Virus record (IMG/VR): IMGVR_UViG_3300037067_016777
Location: 32,001-96,000 of that record
Strand: one strand, 5' to 3'
DNA from: a virus
Lineage: Duplodnaviria > Caudoviricetes
Length of the DNA stretch: 64,000 bases
Shown here: one piece after another, positions 18,628 to 28,300 of the stretch
How positions within the stretch are numbered: position 1 is the first letter of the stretch
How the letters are laid out: every line of letters begins with the position of its first letter
Translations under genes and position numbers: made by a program
The notes under the pieces: model-generated
Database searches by the model: none
What the model was told of the DNA's origin: nothing
The model's input: the letters and a program-made list of their open reading frames with translations, nothing else

Positions 18628-19071
18628 GACGAATCCTGTGTGTACTGGAGGAGGGCCGGACCGACTGGCCTCGCGTCACCCTCCCCCTCTGGTACGTCGT
18701 AGCACCGCGAAGGCAGCCGCTTTCAGTTAACGAGGAGGGCTCGTCGGGCTAGTGGGAGTGCTCTCCCTCCCCGTACCCCTATCCCCCTCTACTGGGAGAG
18801 TATAGTAACTATGCCCCAGGAGAATGGGGGTTGTGCAAGGGGTGGCCGGGTTTCTCTCTGTATCGAGTATATTTTCCGCGTGCGTGAGGGCCATATACCC
18901 CTTCTGGGTGGGATGCTAGCTTACACTTTTCTGCTAGCCAGTTGCCGACGTAGAGTTTCCGCTTTGTTTCCGATGTATCTCGTCAGAATAACAAGATTCT
19001 TTCAGCTCGATAAGCAATCTAGATAGTTTCACTTTAGCCCTGGCCTGTATTTCTGGTACGAGACTTGCGTA

Positions 19072-19102
19072 GGAAGATTGGAAGATTGGAAGATTGGAAG
19101 AT
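19072..19102 (+). repeat. tandem 8-bp repeat GGAAGATT, ~4 copies
   Basis: directly visible in the non-coding divergence zone. Confidence 0.85.
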
Positions 19103-19279
19103 GGGGAAGTGGGGCACTTATTTCACGCCCCGGACAAATACTCAATATCCAGGAGGACCCAATATCGAATTTCCGCGAGAATAAATTTCTAAATATGCGA
19201 AGGCTACCTGTCTCACCATATATACATATCAGGAGATTTAGAATGTGCCAGAATCACAAATATACTTCTGAGGTGTCCG

Positions 19280-20167
19280 ATGAAACTAGCATTACTGTGT
19301 GAAGATTTCGATAGCCAGTTCAGAAACCAGCAGTTATCATGGGGAGAAAGAAATCGTGAATTTATCAAGATAAGAACAGAGGAGACGAAAAAAGAATTAT
19401 TGCGATTGGCAGTAAATGGTGCCAGACGACCAAAACCAACATCGTCAGATGCAAAAGAGCGACGGTTAGCAAATTCACTGGGCAGTTATACCGGCAAGTC
19501 GCGTTCCTATGATAGAGAATTCGATGATAAAATTCGTGCTTTAGCACCGCAATGGTTCCTCCATGTAAATGAACATAAAGAGGAATTGTTGACGTTGGCT
19601 AAAAGTGGTGCCGCTAGGCCGAGCTTTGCTAAAAATAGATCGCGGAAAGAACGAATACTGGCAGGAAGATTGAATAATTATATACAACCAACTAATAAAT
19701 CATATGACGCCGAATTCGTCGAGAAGTTGAGAAAGATAGCTCCAGGATGGCTAGTCGATAAGGTAGCGGAAAACAGAAAGAGGATATTGGAAATCGCTAA
19801 AAGTGGAGGAAAACGTCCCTGGATAACATCTACTGACCTGGAAGAGAAACGGATAGCATTAGCACTCAATAACTATCTCAAAAAGAGCCATCCCTCTTAC
19901 GATAGCAGATTTGTTGAAGAACTACAAAAAATTAGACCAGATTGGTTTCCACAATCAGTTGTGGCCGAGAATAAAAGAAGACTGCTAGCAATAGCTAAAA
20001 GCAGCGGAGCGCGTCCAAAGTTCACAGACGACAAGCAACTAGCACGAGCTATTATGACTTATACTGATAGAAATGGGCCATCCTATGATGAGGCGTTCGA
20101 TGCAGAAATTCGCAGATTAAGGCCAGATTGGTTCGGACGTGGATATCATCCTAGACGAGGTGTCTGA
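19280..20167 (+). CDS. tandem ~69-aa repeat protein 1 (4 repeats)
   Basis: KxxLLxxAxSGxxRP...ExRLA..L..Y...SYDxEF...IR...PxWF units. Confidence 0.85.
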   Translation: MKLALLCEDFDSQFRNQQLSWGERNREFIKIRTEETKKELLRLAVNGARRPKPTSSDAKERRLANSLGSYTGKSRSYDREFDDKIRALAPQWFLHVNEHKEELLTLAKSGAARPSFAKNRSRKERILAGRLNNYIQPTNKSYDAEFVEKLRKIAPGWLVDKVAENRKRILEIAKSGGKRPWITSTDLEEKRIALALNNYLKKSHPSYDSRFVEELQKIRPDWFPQSVVAENKRRLLAIAKSSGARPKFTDDKQLARAIMTYTDRNGPSYDEAFDAEIRRLRPDWFGRGYHPRRGV

Positions 20168-21084
20168 TGAAACTCAGTTTGCTAATAGAAGATTTCGATA
20201 GCGAATTTCGCGATGATTATACACCATACGCTGATAGAAATAAAGAACATGATAGATTAAGGATAGCAGAGACGAAACGAGAAATAATAAAATTAGCGGC
20301 AAGCGGTGCAAAACGACCAAACCCAAAATCAAAAGACCCAAAAGAAAGACGACTAGCGAATTTTATAAACTCCCATGCAAGCCCCGCATCTCACGTTTAT
20401 GACATGAAATTTCGTGGCGCTTTGCGTGAAATAGCCCCGCATTGGTTTAGCTGGGCAGTAGAGTTAAAAGATGAATTGCTAAATCTTGCTAAAAGCGGCG
20501 CAAAACGACCGAACATCAGATCCAAGGATCCGAAGGAAAGAAAGCTCGGGCAGGCGTTTGATAGCTATTATCGCCGAACGTCCAAAGCATACGATCCAGA
20601 ATTCATTAAGAAAATCAAAGCGATAGCTCCAGAATGGCTAATATATAAGACGCCAAGAGTAGAAGAGAACATACGGAAGCTGTTAGAGATAGCCAAGAGC
20701 GGAGGGCAGCGGCCTAGTTGGATGTCGAGCGATCCTGAAGTTAGGCGATTAGCAAACGCATTAACCAGCTATATGAGAGTGGATTCTACAACCTATAGAA
20801 AAGACTTTGCCAATCAATTGCGTAAATTGCGGCCAGAATGGTTTATAGATATACTGGTAGCGAAGCATAAAAAACGGATACTAGAAATAGCTAAGGGCGG
20901 AGAGAAGCGACCACGATATAATGCTGGTCCTGAGGAGAGGCGATTAGCAGTAGCACTTGCTCTCTATATTGATAAATCTGGTAACTCGTATGATAAGGAA
21001 TTTGATGAGATGCTTCGCAAAATGAGGCCAGATTGGTTTATTAGGAGACATAGAGGATACGGCGACAAGAAACAACCGCTCTAA
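20167..21084 (+). CDS. tandem ~69-aa repeat protein 2 (4 repeats)
   Basis: same repeat; GAGGTG RBS; MKLSLLIEDFDSEFR N-terminus. Confidence 0.85.
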   Translation: MKLSLLIEDFDSEFRDDYTPYADRNKEHDRLRIAETKREIIKLAASGAKRPNPKSKDPKERRLANFINSHASPASHVYDMKFRGALREIAPHWFSWAVELKDELLNLAKSGAKRPNIRSKDPKERKLGQAFDSYYRRTSKAYDPEFIKKIKAIAPEWLIYKTPRVEENIRKLLEIAKSGGQRPSWMSSDPEVRRLANALTSYMRVDSTTYRKDFANQLRKLRPEWFIDILVAKHKKRILEIAKGGEKRPRYNAGPEERRLAVALALYIDKSGNSYDKEFDEMLRKMRPDWFIRRHRGYGDKKQPL

Positions 21085-21094
21085 GAGGTGTCTG

Positions 21095-22234
21095 ATGAAA
21101 CTCAGTTTGCTAATAGAAGATTTCGATAGCGAATTTCGCAGGGAATATGTGCCATTCGGGCAGCGGAACCTTAAATATATTAGGTTAAGAATGGAGGAAA
21201 CTAAGGAGAAATTATTAGAGCTAGCAAGAAGCGGAGTGAAACGCCCAAAATATAAATCGCTTGATCCAGAAGAAAGGCGACTAGCTCGTGCATTAAATGA
21301 TTTTACAAGCCTAGACGTTGCACGGCGTGACCCAGAATTCTGTGCTAAGATATATGCCCTCGCTCCAGGATGGTTTGATCCAGACAGGAAAGCTAGGGTA
21401 ATAGCTACAAAAAAGAAGCTATTAGAGATAGCGAGAAGCGGGGGAGAGCGACCAAGATACAACTCTACCGATCCAGAAGAAAGACGACTAGCGATCTCAT
21501 TAACCCGTTATGCCGTTCATCCGGATACAAAAGATGACGAATTTGCAAAAGAGATATTCGTAGCAAGGCCAGAATGGGCACCGGGGTATCGCACAATCCT
21601 AATGGCAAGAACAAAAGAGAAATTGCTGAAGATGGCTGCGAGTGGAGCCGCACGCCCGGACCGATATTCAACAAACCGGGAAGAGGCTAAATTAGGAATA
21701 GCCCTAAATAATTATACTACTAAGAGCCAGCGACAATATGATGCAGATTTCTACAATAAACTCGTTAAAATCAACCCTGATTGGGTTGATAGATTGGATC
21801 AGATATATAAAAGAGTGGCAGAGACGAAGAAGAAACTGCTGGAAATGGCAAGGAATAACGAAAGACGACCAAACATCAGATCTAATAATCCAGAAGAAAG
21901 ACGACTAGGAATAGCTCTCAGCGTCTATGTCAACAAATTAACAAGATCTTATGATGCAATATTTACAAGAGAAATCCGTGCACTTAGACCAGATTGGTTT
22001 GATTCAGACAGAAAAGCAATAGTGGCAGAGACGAAGAAGAAACTGCTGGAAATGGCAAGGAATAACGAAAGACGACCTCAATACAAGTCAAGCGATCTAG
22101 AAGAGAAGCGATTGTCTAGCGCATTAATGACTTACACTTCAACCGGTAGTGGTTCTTACGACGAAGCATTTACAAGAGAAATCCGTGCACTTAGACCAGA
22201 TTGGTTTGATTCAGACAGAAGAGGAGCAATATGA
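21095..22234 (+). CDS. tandem ~69-aa repeat protein 3 (5 repeats)
   Basis: same repeat; the last two units are a 207-bp duplication (starting 21814 and 22021). Confidence 0.85.
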   Translation: MKLSLLIEDFDSEFRREYVPFGQRNLKYIRLRMEETKEKLLELARSGVKRPKYKSLDPEERRLARALNDFTSLDVARRDPEFCAKIYALAPGWFDPDRKARVIATKKKLLEIARSGGERPRYNSTDPEERRLAISLTRYAVHPDTKDDEFAKEIFVARPEWAPGYRTILMARTKEKLLKMAASGAARPDRYSTNREEAKLGIALNNYTTKSQRQYDADFYNKLVKINPDWVDRLDQIYKRVAETKKKLLEMARNNERRPNIRSNNPEERRLGIALSVYVNKLTRSYDAIFTREIRALRPDWFDSDRKAIVAETKKKLLEMARNNERRPQYKSSDLEEKRLSSALMTYTSTGSGSYDEAFTREIRALRPDWFDSDRRGAI

Positions 22235-22249
22235 TATTAGTATAACGTT

Positions 22250-24499
22250 TCACGATACTCCTAGGGCTATATCTGGTGGGAGCATCTGTATCCGATGAAG
22301 TACAGTTTCTACATCAAGATTCAACTTATGCCCCCATTCCGCTGCCGTGAGCTTCTCATTATTATAAATGAATTTCGTGACTTGATGGCCTACCATTATA
22401 GCCTTGTGGAATTTAGCATAATTTGCCCCTAATTTTCTTGCCCACTCAGCCATTAATAATGTCTGACCATTATATTCATATCTTGTCCTGCCCACGCCTC
22501 TACATCTCAATTTCACCACAGCCGTGAATCTGCTTGCCCACTCCCTTAGCGTCAACGACTCACCATTATATGTGAATAACTTTGTGTCATATGCTTTTAA
22601 TTTCCTCTGTTTATAGCATTCGACAGCTAATGCCTTTTCTACTGGCTGTCGAATCAAACGACGCTGCATTGCTTTTACTGAGCACTGTCTTCTTTTTGCC
22701 CATTCCTCTATTGTAAGAGATTCGCCATTATAGGTGAATAGATGCGTTGGAGTCAGATTATGCAGTCGCTCCAACAGAACCTCTATTGGTATTTTGCTAG
22801 AATAAACAGCAAGCGTGTCTGGCGATATATCAAATGTTTTTGCCCATTTATGCAATGACATCGTTCGGCCGAGATATGTATATTTCTTCACATTTGATGA
22901 TTGATTCGTCTTTTGTTCTGCGTCGGGACTTACCTGATTTGCCTGGATCTGATCTGTTTTGATATGCTCCGCTTGTGCTTTCTCGACCTCAGCGAAACAT
23001 GTGAGGCGTTTAACCGCCTTTGATTCTATCTGACGTATCCGTTCTCTCGTAACCTTGTATTTTACAGCTATTTCTTGAAGACTTAATCCTTGTGCACGTA
23101 ATTGCAGTACCTTGATGGCTCTCGCTGACAATTTGTCGTTCTGAGATTTATGTGATTTGTTATACCATTCCACGACTTCATCTAGTGATATGCCGAATAT
23201 GTTTTCAGGCTTCGAGACGTTTCGACAACAAGCATATTCCTTCTCCGCTTCTCGTCTCTCATATAGCATAATGAGATGCGACATCTTATGTCTTCCAACT
23301 ATCGACAAATAATTTAATATGTGCTGGTTCGACTCGAATTTATCAATATTGTTCTTCATTAAGATTGTGCAAGCCGCTGTCCAAGCAAGATCTTCAATAT
23401 CTTCGTCAGTACAAGGTTTTCGACGCACTTGATTGCAGTAAAACGTCAATACAGACACAATCATATCGGCAATCGGTTTGCCATCACCCGTTAAGAAATA
23501 ATTCTTAAAAGCTGACAACATATCAAATCTAGCGTACTTCGCTGGCAATTTTACGAAGTGCTGCGATTTTCGCATCGGATTTATGATAATATATGGATAA
23601 TCCGGGGCGTGGCTTGCTTTACGAGTTTTATGCCTAGTCCTGACATTTCTTCTTTTGTGTTTTCTCTCTGCTTTTCCGAGCCTATAACGCTCTACTGCTT
23701 CTGCTAATGAATGGGAAGCAACGTAGCCTTGAAACGTCATCTTACTCACATTTAACTCTGTCGCCCATTCTCTACATGTCAACGATTTACCGTCGTATTC
23801 GTATCTCGGTACAACATATTTCACATTTATTGCCTCTTCAATCGGCAATCGCCGTAACCGCCTCGACATCTGTGTCATAGATAGGCCCAGCTTCTGAGCC
23901 CATTCAGCGGTTGTTAATGATTCGTCGCCAAATGTATACCTCCTAGTCCTGTTCTCTTGTACAGCCTTCTGAAATTTTTCGTTATCAAGTGCTATTTCAT
24001 GCGAATAGCTATTCAATCTGTTTCGCAATTGCGAAACAGAGATTCCTAACTCGGTCGCCCACTCTTTGGTTGTTTGTGATTTTCCATTGCACTTATACCG
24101 CCTCGCCCTATTTGCCTCAATAACCGCTTTGAATCTTTCATTATCCAACGCCACATCGACTGCATAACGCCTCAACCTGTGTCTTAGTTGGTCATATGAA
24201 ATGCCCAATTCAATTGCCCACTCATCCAACGTTTTCCCACCATGCGTGAACTCTTTTGATATTACACCAGCGACTTTCCTGTACTCCGTGTTATCTAATG
24301 CCACCTCCGGGATATAGTCCCTTAACCTGCGCAATAGCCGTCGTGGTGTAATCCCTAACCTAGATGCCCACTGATGCAATGCCAGCGTTTCGCCGTCGAG
24401 CGTCAGTATCTTCTCATATTCCGGTTTTGGATAGATATCGACGTTATATTCATCACTATCAAGGGCAATAGTAAAACTCACACAGTTAGCGTTGTCCAT
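22250..24499 (-). CDS. sigma70-like protein (region 4, probable region 2) flanked by ten HTH-like repeats
   Basis: LSARAIKVLQLR...SLQEIAVKYKVTRERIRQIESKAVKRL; DIEDL...IDKFE...YL; ten YxGxxxTxxEWA repeats. Confidence 0.8.
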   Translation of the reverse strand: MDNANCVSFTIALDSDEYNVDIYPKPEYEKILTLDGETLALHQWASRLGITPRRLLRRLRDYIPEVALDNTEYRKVAGVISKEFTHGGKTLDEWAIELGISYDQLRHRLRRYAVDVALDNERFKAVIEANRARRYKCNGKSQTTKEWATELGISVSQLRNRLNSYSHEIALDNEKFQKAVQENRTRRYTFGDESLTTAEWAQKLGLSMTQMSRRLRRLPIEEAINVKYVVPRYEYDGKSLTCREWATELNVSKMTFQGYVASHSLAEAVERYRLGKAERKHKRRNVRTRHKTRKASHAPDYPYIIINPMRKSQHFVKLPAKYARFDMLSAFKNYFLTGDGKPIADMIVSVLTFYCNQVRRKPCTDEDIEDLAWTAACTILMKNNIDKFESNQHILNYLSIVGRHKMSHLIMLYERREAEKEYACCRNVSKPENIFGISLDEVVEWYNKSHKSQNDKLSARAIKVLQLRAQGLSLQEIAVKYKVTRERIRQIESKAVKRLTCFAEVEKAQAEHIKTDQIQANQVSPDAEQKTNQSSNVKKYTYLGRTMSLHKWAKTFDISPDTLAVYSSKIPIEVLLERLHNLTPTHLFTYNGESLTIEEWAKRRQCSVKAMQRRLIRQPVEKALAVECYKQRKLKAYDTKLFTYNGESLTLREWASRFTAVVKLRCRGVGRTRYEYNGQTLLMAEWARKLGANYAKFHKAIMVGHQVTKFIYNNEKLTAAEWGHKLNLDVETVLHRIQMLPPDIALGVS

Positions 24500-24508
24500 A
24501 ATACTAAT

Positions 24509-24578
24509 GTCATAGCACGAAAAGCGGAAATTATTAATCTCCTTAATAGTTAATAATTTCCGCTTTTCGTGCTATGAA
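24509..24578. promoter_or_regulatory. back-to-back promoters forming a 28-bp perfect inverted repeat
   Basis: 24510-24537 is the reverse complement of 24550-24577, with a 12-nt spacer. Confidence 0.9.
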
Positions 24579-24638
24579 TGATTGAAGAAGAACTGTATGT
24601 TAGTACTTTCTTGGCTAACTGTAACGTAAAGTTAAATC

Positions 24639-25025
24639 ATGAACAATAGAGTCCAAGGTGCAAACGCAGAAAATTCCATTCCAATCCTCATAAAAACGAA
24701 GGTTGGTTATGTAGAATTGTTGTTATCATTCATATCAAGCGATAACATCGAGAACTTCCCAGACAATGCAAGAGAATGTGCCGTAGAAGTGGACGGCCAA
24801 TGGATGGTACCTGGAATAACAGGGGCGAGAATGTTGCTGGGTCCATTAATGGAAAACGTGCCCGCTGGTGATGGAGGAGTGCCTATAAAACCAGAAATGG
24901 CACAACGAATAGCAGAAGGCATCGACCTGCCTGAGTTTCTGGCTAAATTCCGTGGTGAAGTAGACGACAATAGTATCGTCGCACGGATTATAGACGCATT
25001 TTTACAGAAGTATCGTGGCTACTAA
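24639..25025 (+). CDS. hypothetical protein
   Basis: ORF downstream of the rightward promoter. Confidence 0.6.
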   Translation: MNNRVQGANAENSIPILIKTKVGYVELLLSFISSDNIENFPDNARECAVEVDGQWMVPGITGARMLLGPLMENVPAGDGGVPIKPEMAQRIAEGIDLPEFLAKFRGEVDDNSIVARIIDAFLQKYRGY

Positions 25026-25237
25026 CTGTCGTAAGAGACGATTGCGGCAACATCTGTATTTGGAAGTTGGTTTCTAGGGCGGAGAGTAATCTCAATCCGA
25101 CCAACCGGCATCTTTCCAAGGCCACAAATACGCATGACGGTTGTAGTCTGGTAAACTTCCAAAGCTTTGTCGTCGGCTGTGTGGAAATATATCACACCAC
25201 GTTCATGGTCAATCTCTAATGTACCGGGTATTTCCAT
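25022..25237 (-). CDS. hypothetical protein
   Basis: GAGGA RBS. Confidence 0.55.
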   Translation of the reverse strand: MEIPGTLEIDHERGVIYFHTADDKALEVYQTTTVMRICGLGKMPVGRIEITLRPRNQLPNTDVAAIVSYDS

Positions 25238-25398
25238 TATTTCCTCGCTACTTCACACATGATAGAAAGCTTGGCCTGTAAAGCTCCAATTTTGACGCCG
25301 TCTTGTTCAACACTACTATAGCCATGGCCAAATTTCTCTTGTATAAGAGATAAAATTAAGCTGATTTCTTTTGCTGTCAATTGTCCCATTGCAATCTC

Positions 25399-28300
25399 CT
25401 AGTAATCGTAGTCTTCGTCGTCGTCATCTTCCGTGGCCGGTACGTATTCGACTTCCATGTCTTTGACTTTATCGTAGAACTTAATCTCATCAACCTTCAC
25501 GCCACAGCCGTATTGATTGGCCTGCACGTAAAGCTTGTTTATTGTCCATCCGTTGATATCAATCCCACGCTCGATGACGTAACCAACCATATTCTCGATC
25601 CATCTAGGCCAGAGATTACTTGGCACCGACAGATCTTCTTTGTGATCTTCCCACAGATCGCCGTCGTCATCAACGTAATCTTCGAGGAACTTGGTACGTT
25701 GCTCTTCATACCAAGCTGCTCTAATCAATTCATACGCTTTCTGTTCTATGGCATGGATCGGCCTTCTCATCAGCCGTTCCTTCTTCTTCGCCTTCTCCGC
25801 TTTCTGCTCCTCTACCACGAACGAAGTGATGTTATCTTCGAAGATGATAACGATGGTTTGATTTCTCCAAGTCAGATCGTCTGGTTTTAGAGAAATACCA
25901 CGGCAACCTGATAACCTGAAATGCAACTCGTCTTGCTTCTTTTCCCATCTGACGCGAACTGTGGCACATTCCGGGCTTTCGACGCGACCTGTCATCAATT
26001 TCTTCGTCATCGAAGCGTGATATTGCAAGTAGTAGAGACAGACGCTCTCGTCCTTCGGATCGGCAGCCACCGCAAGCGGCTTTAGCCACGGCCTACGACC
26101 GTGCTCACGTCTTCCATCAAGAAATTCTGACCATTCAGGTGGATTCGCAGCCACATCAGCCAATTCTGCCAATGCGTAATCAGCAGCCTGCTTCCGTTCT
26201 GCGTCTGTCAGATGTTCTTGTGATCGTGCACCGATTAGCCATTCACTCCATCGCGGATGACTCCACACCAATTGCCAACTCTCATGTCGCTTGTCGACGA
26301 CGGCCCACTCTTTCATGGATGCACGACGCACAAACACGCCACAATCAAATTGGATGATATTCTCACCGTTTGTAGATGCAAGAACCGATCCAAGCTGCGT
26401 GTCAGCACACAATTTCCAGATTTCCTCTTGGACCCAAACATTCTCGGAATTCTCGCACCGTAGAACTGCATAGCTTTTGTCTGGTCGGTAGAAGATCGCC
26501 AGAGCCTTGTCGTCTCGAAGTTTTTCTACCGCTTGCTCGTGTGCTTCGGCCAGTGCCTCATTGTCGAGCAATTTCCGACGACCGAACTCGGCCACAATCA
26601 TTCGCAACGCTTTGGCGTCTTCTGACAGTAACGCCCGATGCTCTCGTGTCTTGAATTTCCACCATTTGATCAATGCATCAATACTACGTTCTGCTCTCGC
26701 AAATGATACATTGTGTTTTCCTGCAATGACGCCGATCAACAATTGGCGAAATGGAGCTTCTTCCTCTGCCTCCTTTTTCTTGATCGCGAGTGCGACCTTG
26801 AGTAGCGGAATCATATTGAGATAATGGTGCCGGTTCGTCCGCGACCGAATGTAAAACTCGATATCAGCAACAGTGACGCTATCGATGTTGATAATGAAAT
26901 CATCGGCCTTGTAGATCAGATAACTCACGCGTGGCGCATTTTGATTCCGGCCCCGCCAGTTGTTGTGGTCTGACTTATATAGGAACCTAAAACTTCTTTC
27001 ATCGACCTTTCTATCGATGATGTGGATTTCGTCGCTTGATGGCCTGTAAGCATGCTTGGTCCCTTGCCGCTCATGCAGATCGCGTCTGCCAGCATAATGA
27101 CCCTCAAACTCACCGATAATCCTACAACCAACCTCCAATTCACCATTCACGGCACCTAGCCATTTGTCAAAATCGGGCCGTCCTGTTCCAAGCAGATTCT
27201 CTGCGTCGTATCGCAGCGTTACGTGCTTCTGTCCTTCCAAGTTGCAGACGTTTATCGGCTCGTTGATGGGAAGCGGATGAAACACCTTCGTTCGATCAAG
27301 CAGACCTTGGATCATAATTAGGACGGTGTAGAAACGACGCTTCTTCGCTTCTGCCTTATCCATAGCCTGCATATACTTCGCAGAACCCGGCGTCAGCGGT
27401 TTCTTCACCTTATCGTGCGTATCCCAATCGGTGTGCGACTCATAGAAGAAGTGCTCGAATTCGTCTTTTCGCGGCAAGAACACTTCATCGACCCACAACG
27501 TTGTGTGAATGCGATATAGGTTCTCGCCATTGCGAATCAGAATGTAGAGGCATTTGTTTTGCCGGTTCAACTCTGAATTGACAAACGGATTGTCGTCGTA
27601 GAATTTCGGATTACGACGCGGCTTGATTGCAACAACGCCCCTGATCTCAGGGAGAACTTGTTGTAGATGCTCGGGGTCACTAACCCATGCGTCGAACTCT
27701 TCGACCGCTTTGAAATCGAGGCCACCACGTTTTGCAAAGTCTGCAGCTACCGCTGATTCTTCGTCCATGAATAAAACTTGTTGCCGAATGACGATCTTCT
27801 CGTCTTCTGATGCTGGTTCACCAGACTTGATTCGGACAATCTCTTCATCCTGACCAAGATATGCATTAATCATGTAAATGGCTTCCTGTGCCATTTCGAT
27901 CTGTCGTGTCAGAATAGCCGTCTTGGCTTTCAGAATCAGTGCTTGCTCTTGAATGAGCGTTTGCAATGCCGAGTGACGCTTCGCTATTTGATTCTTCGTG
28001 ACTGCGAACGCCGTCTTCACTCGCTTGAGATTCTTGGCGGCAATAGCCGGGTTCGTACGACTCGCCATTGCAACGAGATCGGTGCTGGTCGGCTGCCTTT
28101 GTGCTGGCCGTGTGTTGTCGGCCAATAGTTTCGGTGTCGAAGCCGACTCGATAAGGTTGTCTTGGCGGTCGCCGACTGCATGTAAACTCGACATAAGATC
28201 GGCAAGCTCATCCTGTCGTTCTCTAATCCCCTCTGGAGCATATGCAAAATGATCCAAGAAAGTATCGAGCGAGAACGTCCAAGTACTTTCACCTTGGATG

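Larger units (their letters stand above)
7787..18700 (-). promoter_or_regulatory. array of 12 leftward phage promoter copies
   Basis: copies at 7787-7816, 10003-10032, 11233-11262, 13246-13275, 13658-13687, 14410-14439, 15127-15156, 15675-15704, 16244-16273, 17128-17157; extended -10 only at 18030 and 18686; consensus GTTAATA-N11-TCGTGC-TATRAY. Confidence 0.85.

Noticed and set aside
7787-18700. CRISPR array (recurring ~30-bp motif)
   Set aside because: Copies are hundreds to thousands of bp apart with genes between them, have variable interiors and promoter geometry, and no cas genes are present
7787-18700. Integron attC cassette array
   Set aside because: No paired RYYYAAC/GTTRRRY palindromic attC structure and no integrase in the window
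18811-19302. ORFs 18811-19026 and 19078-19302
   Set aside because: No convincing RBS; the second starts inside a tandem repeat; treated as non-coding
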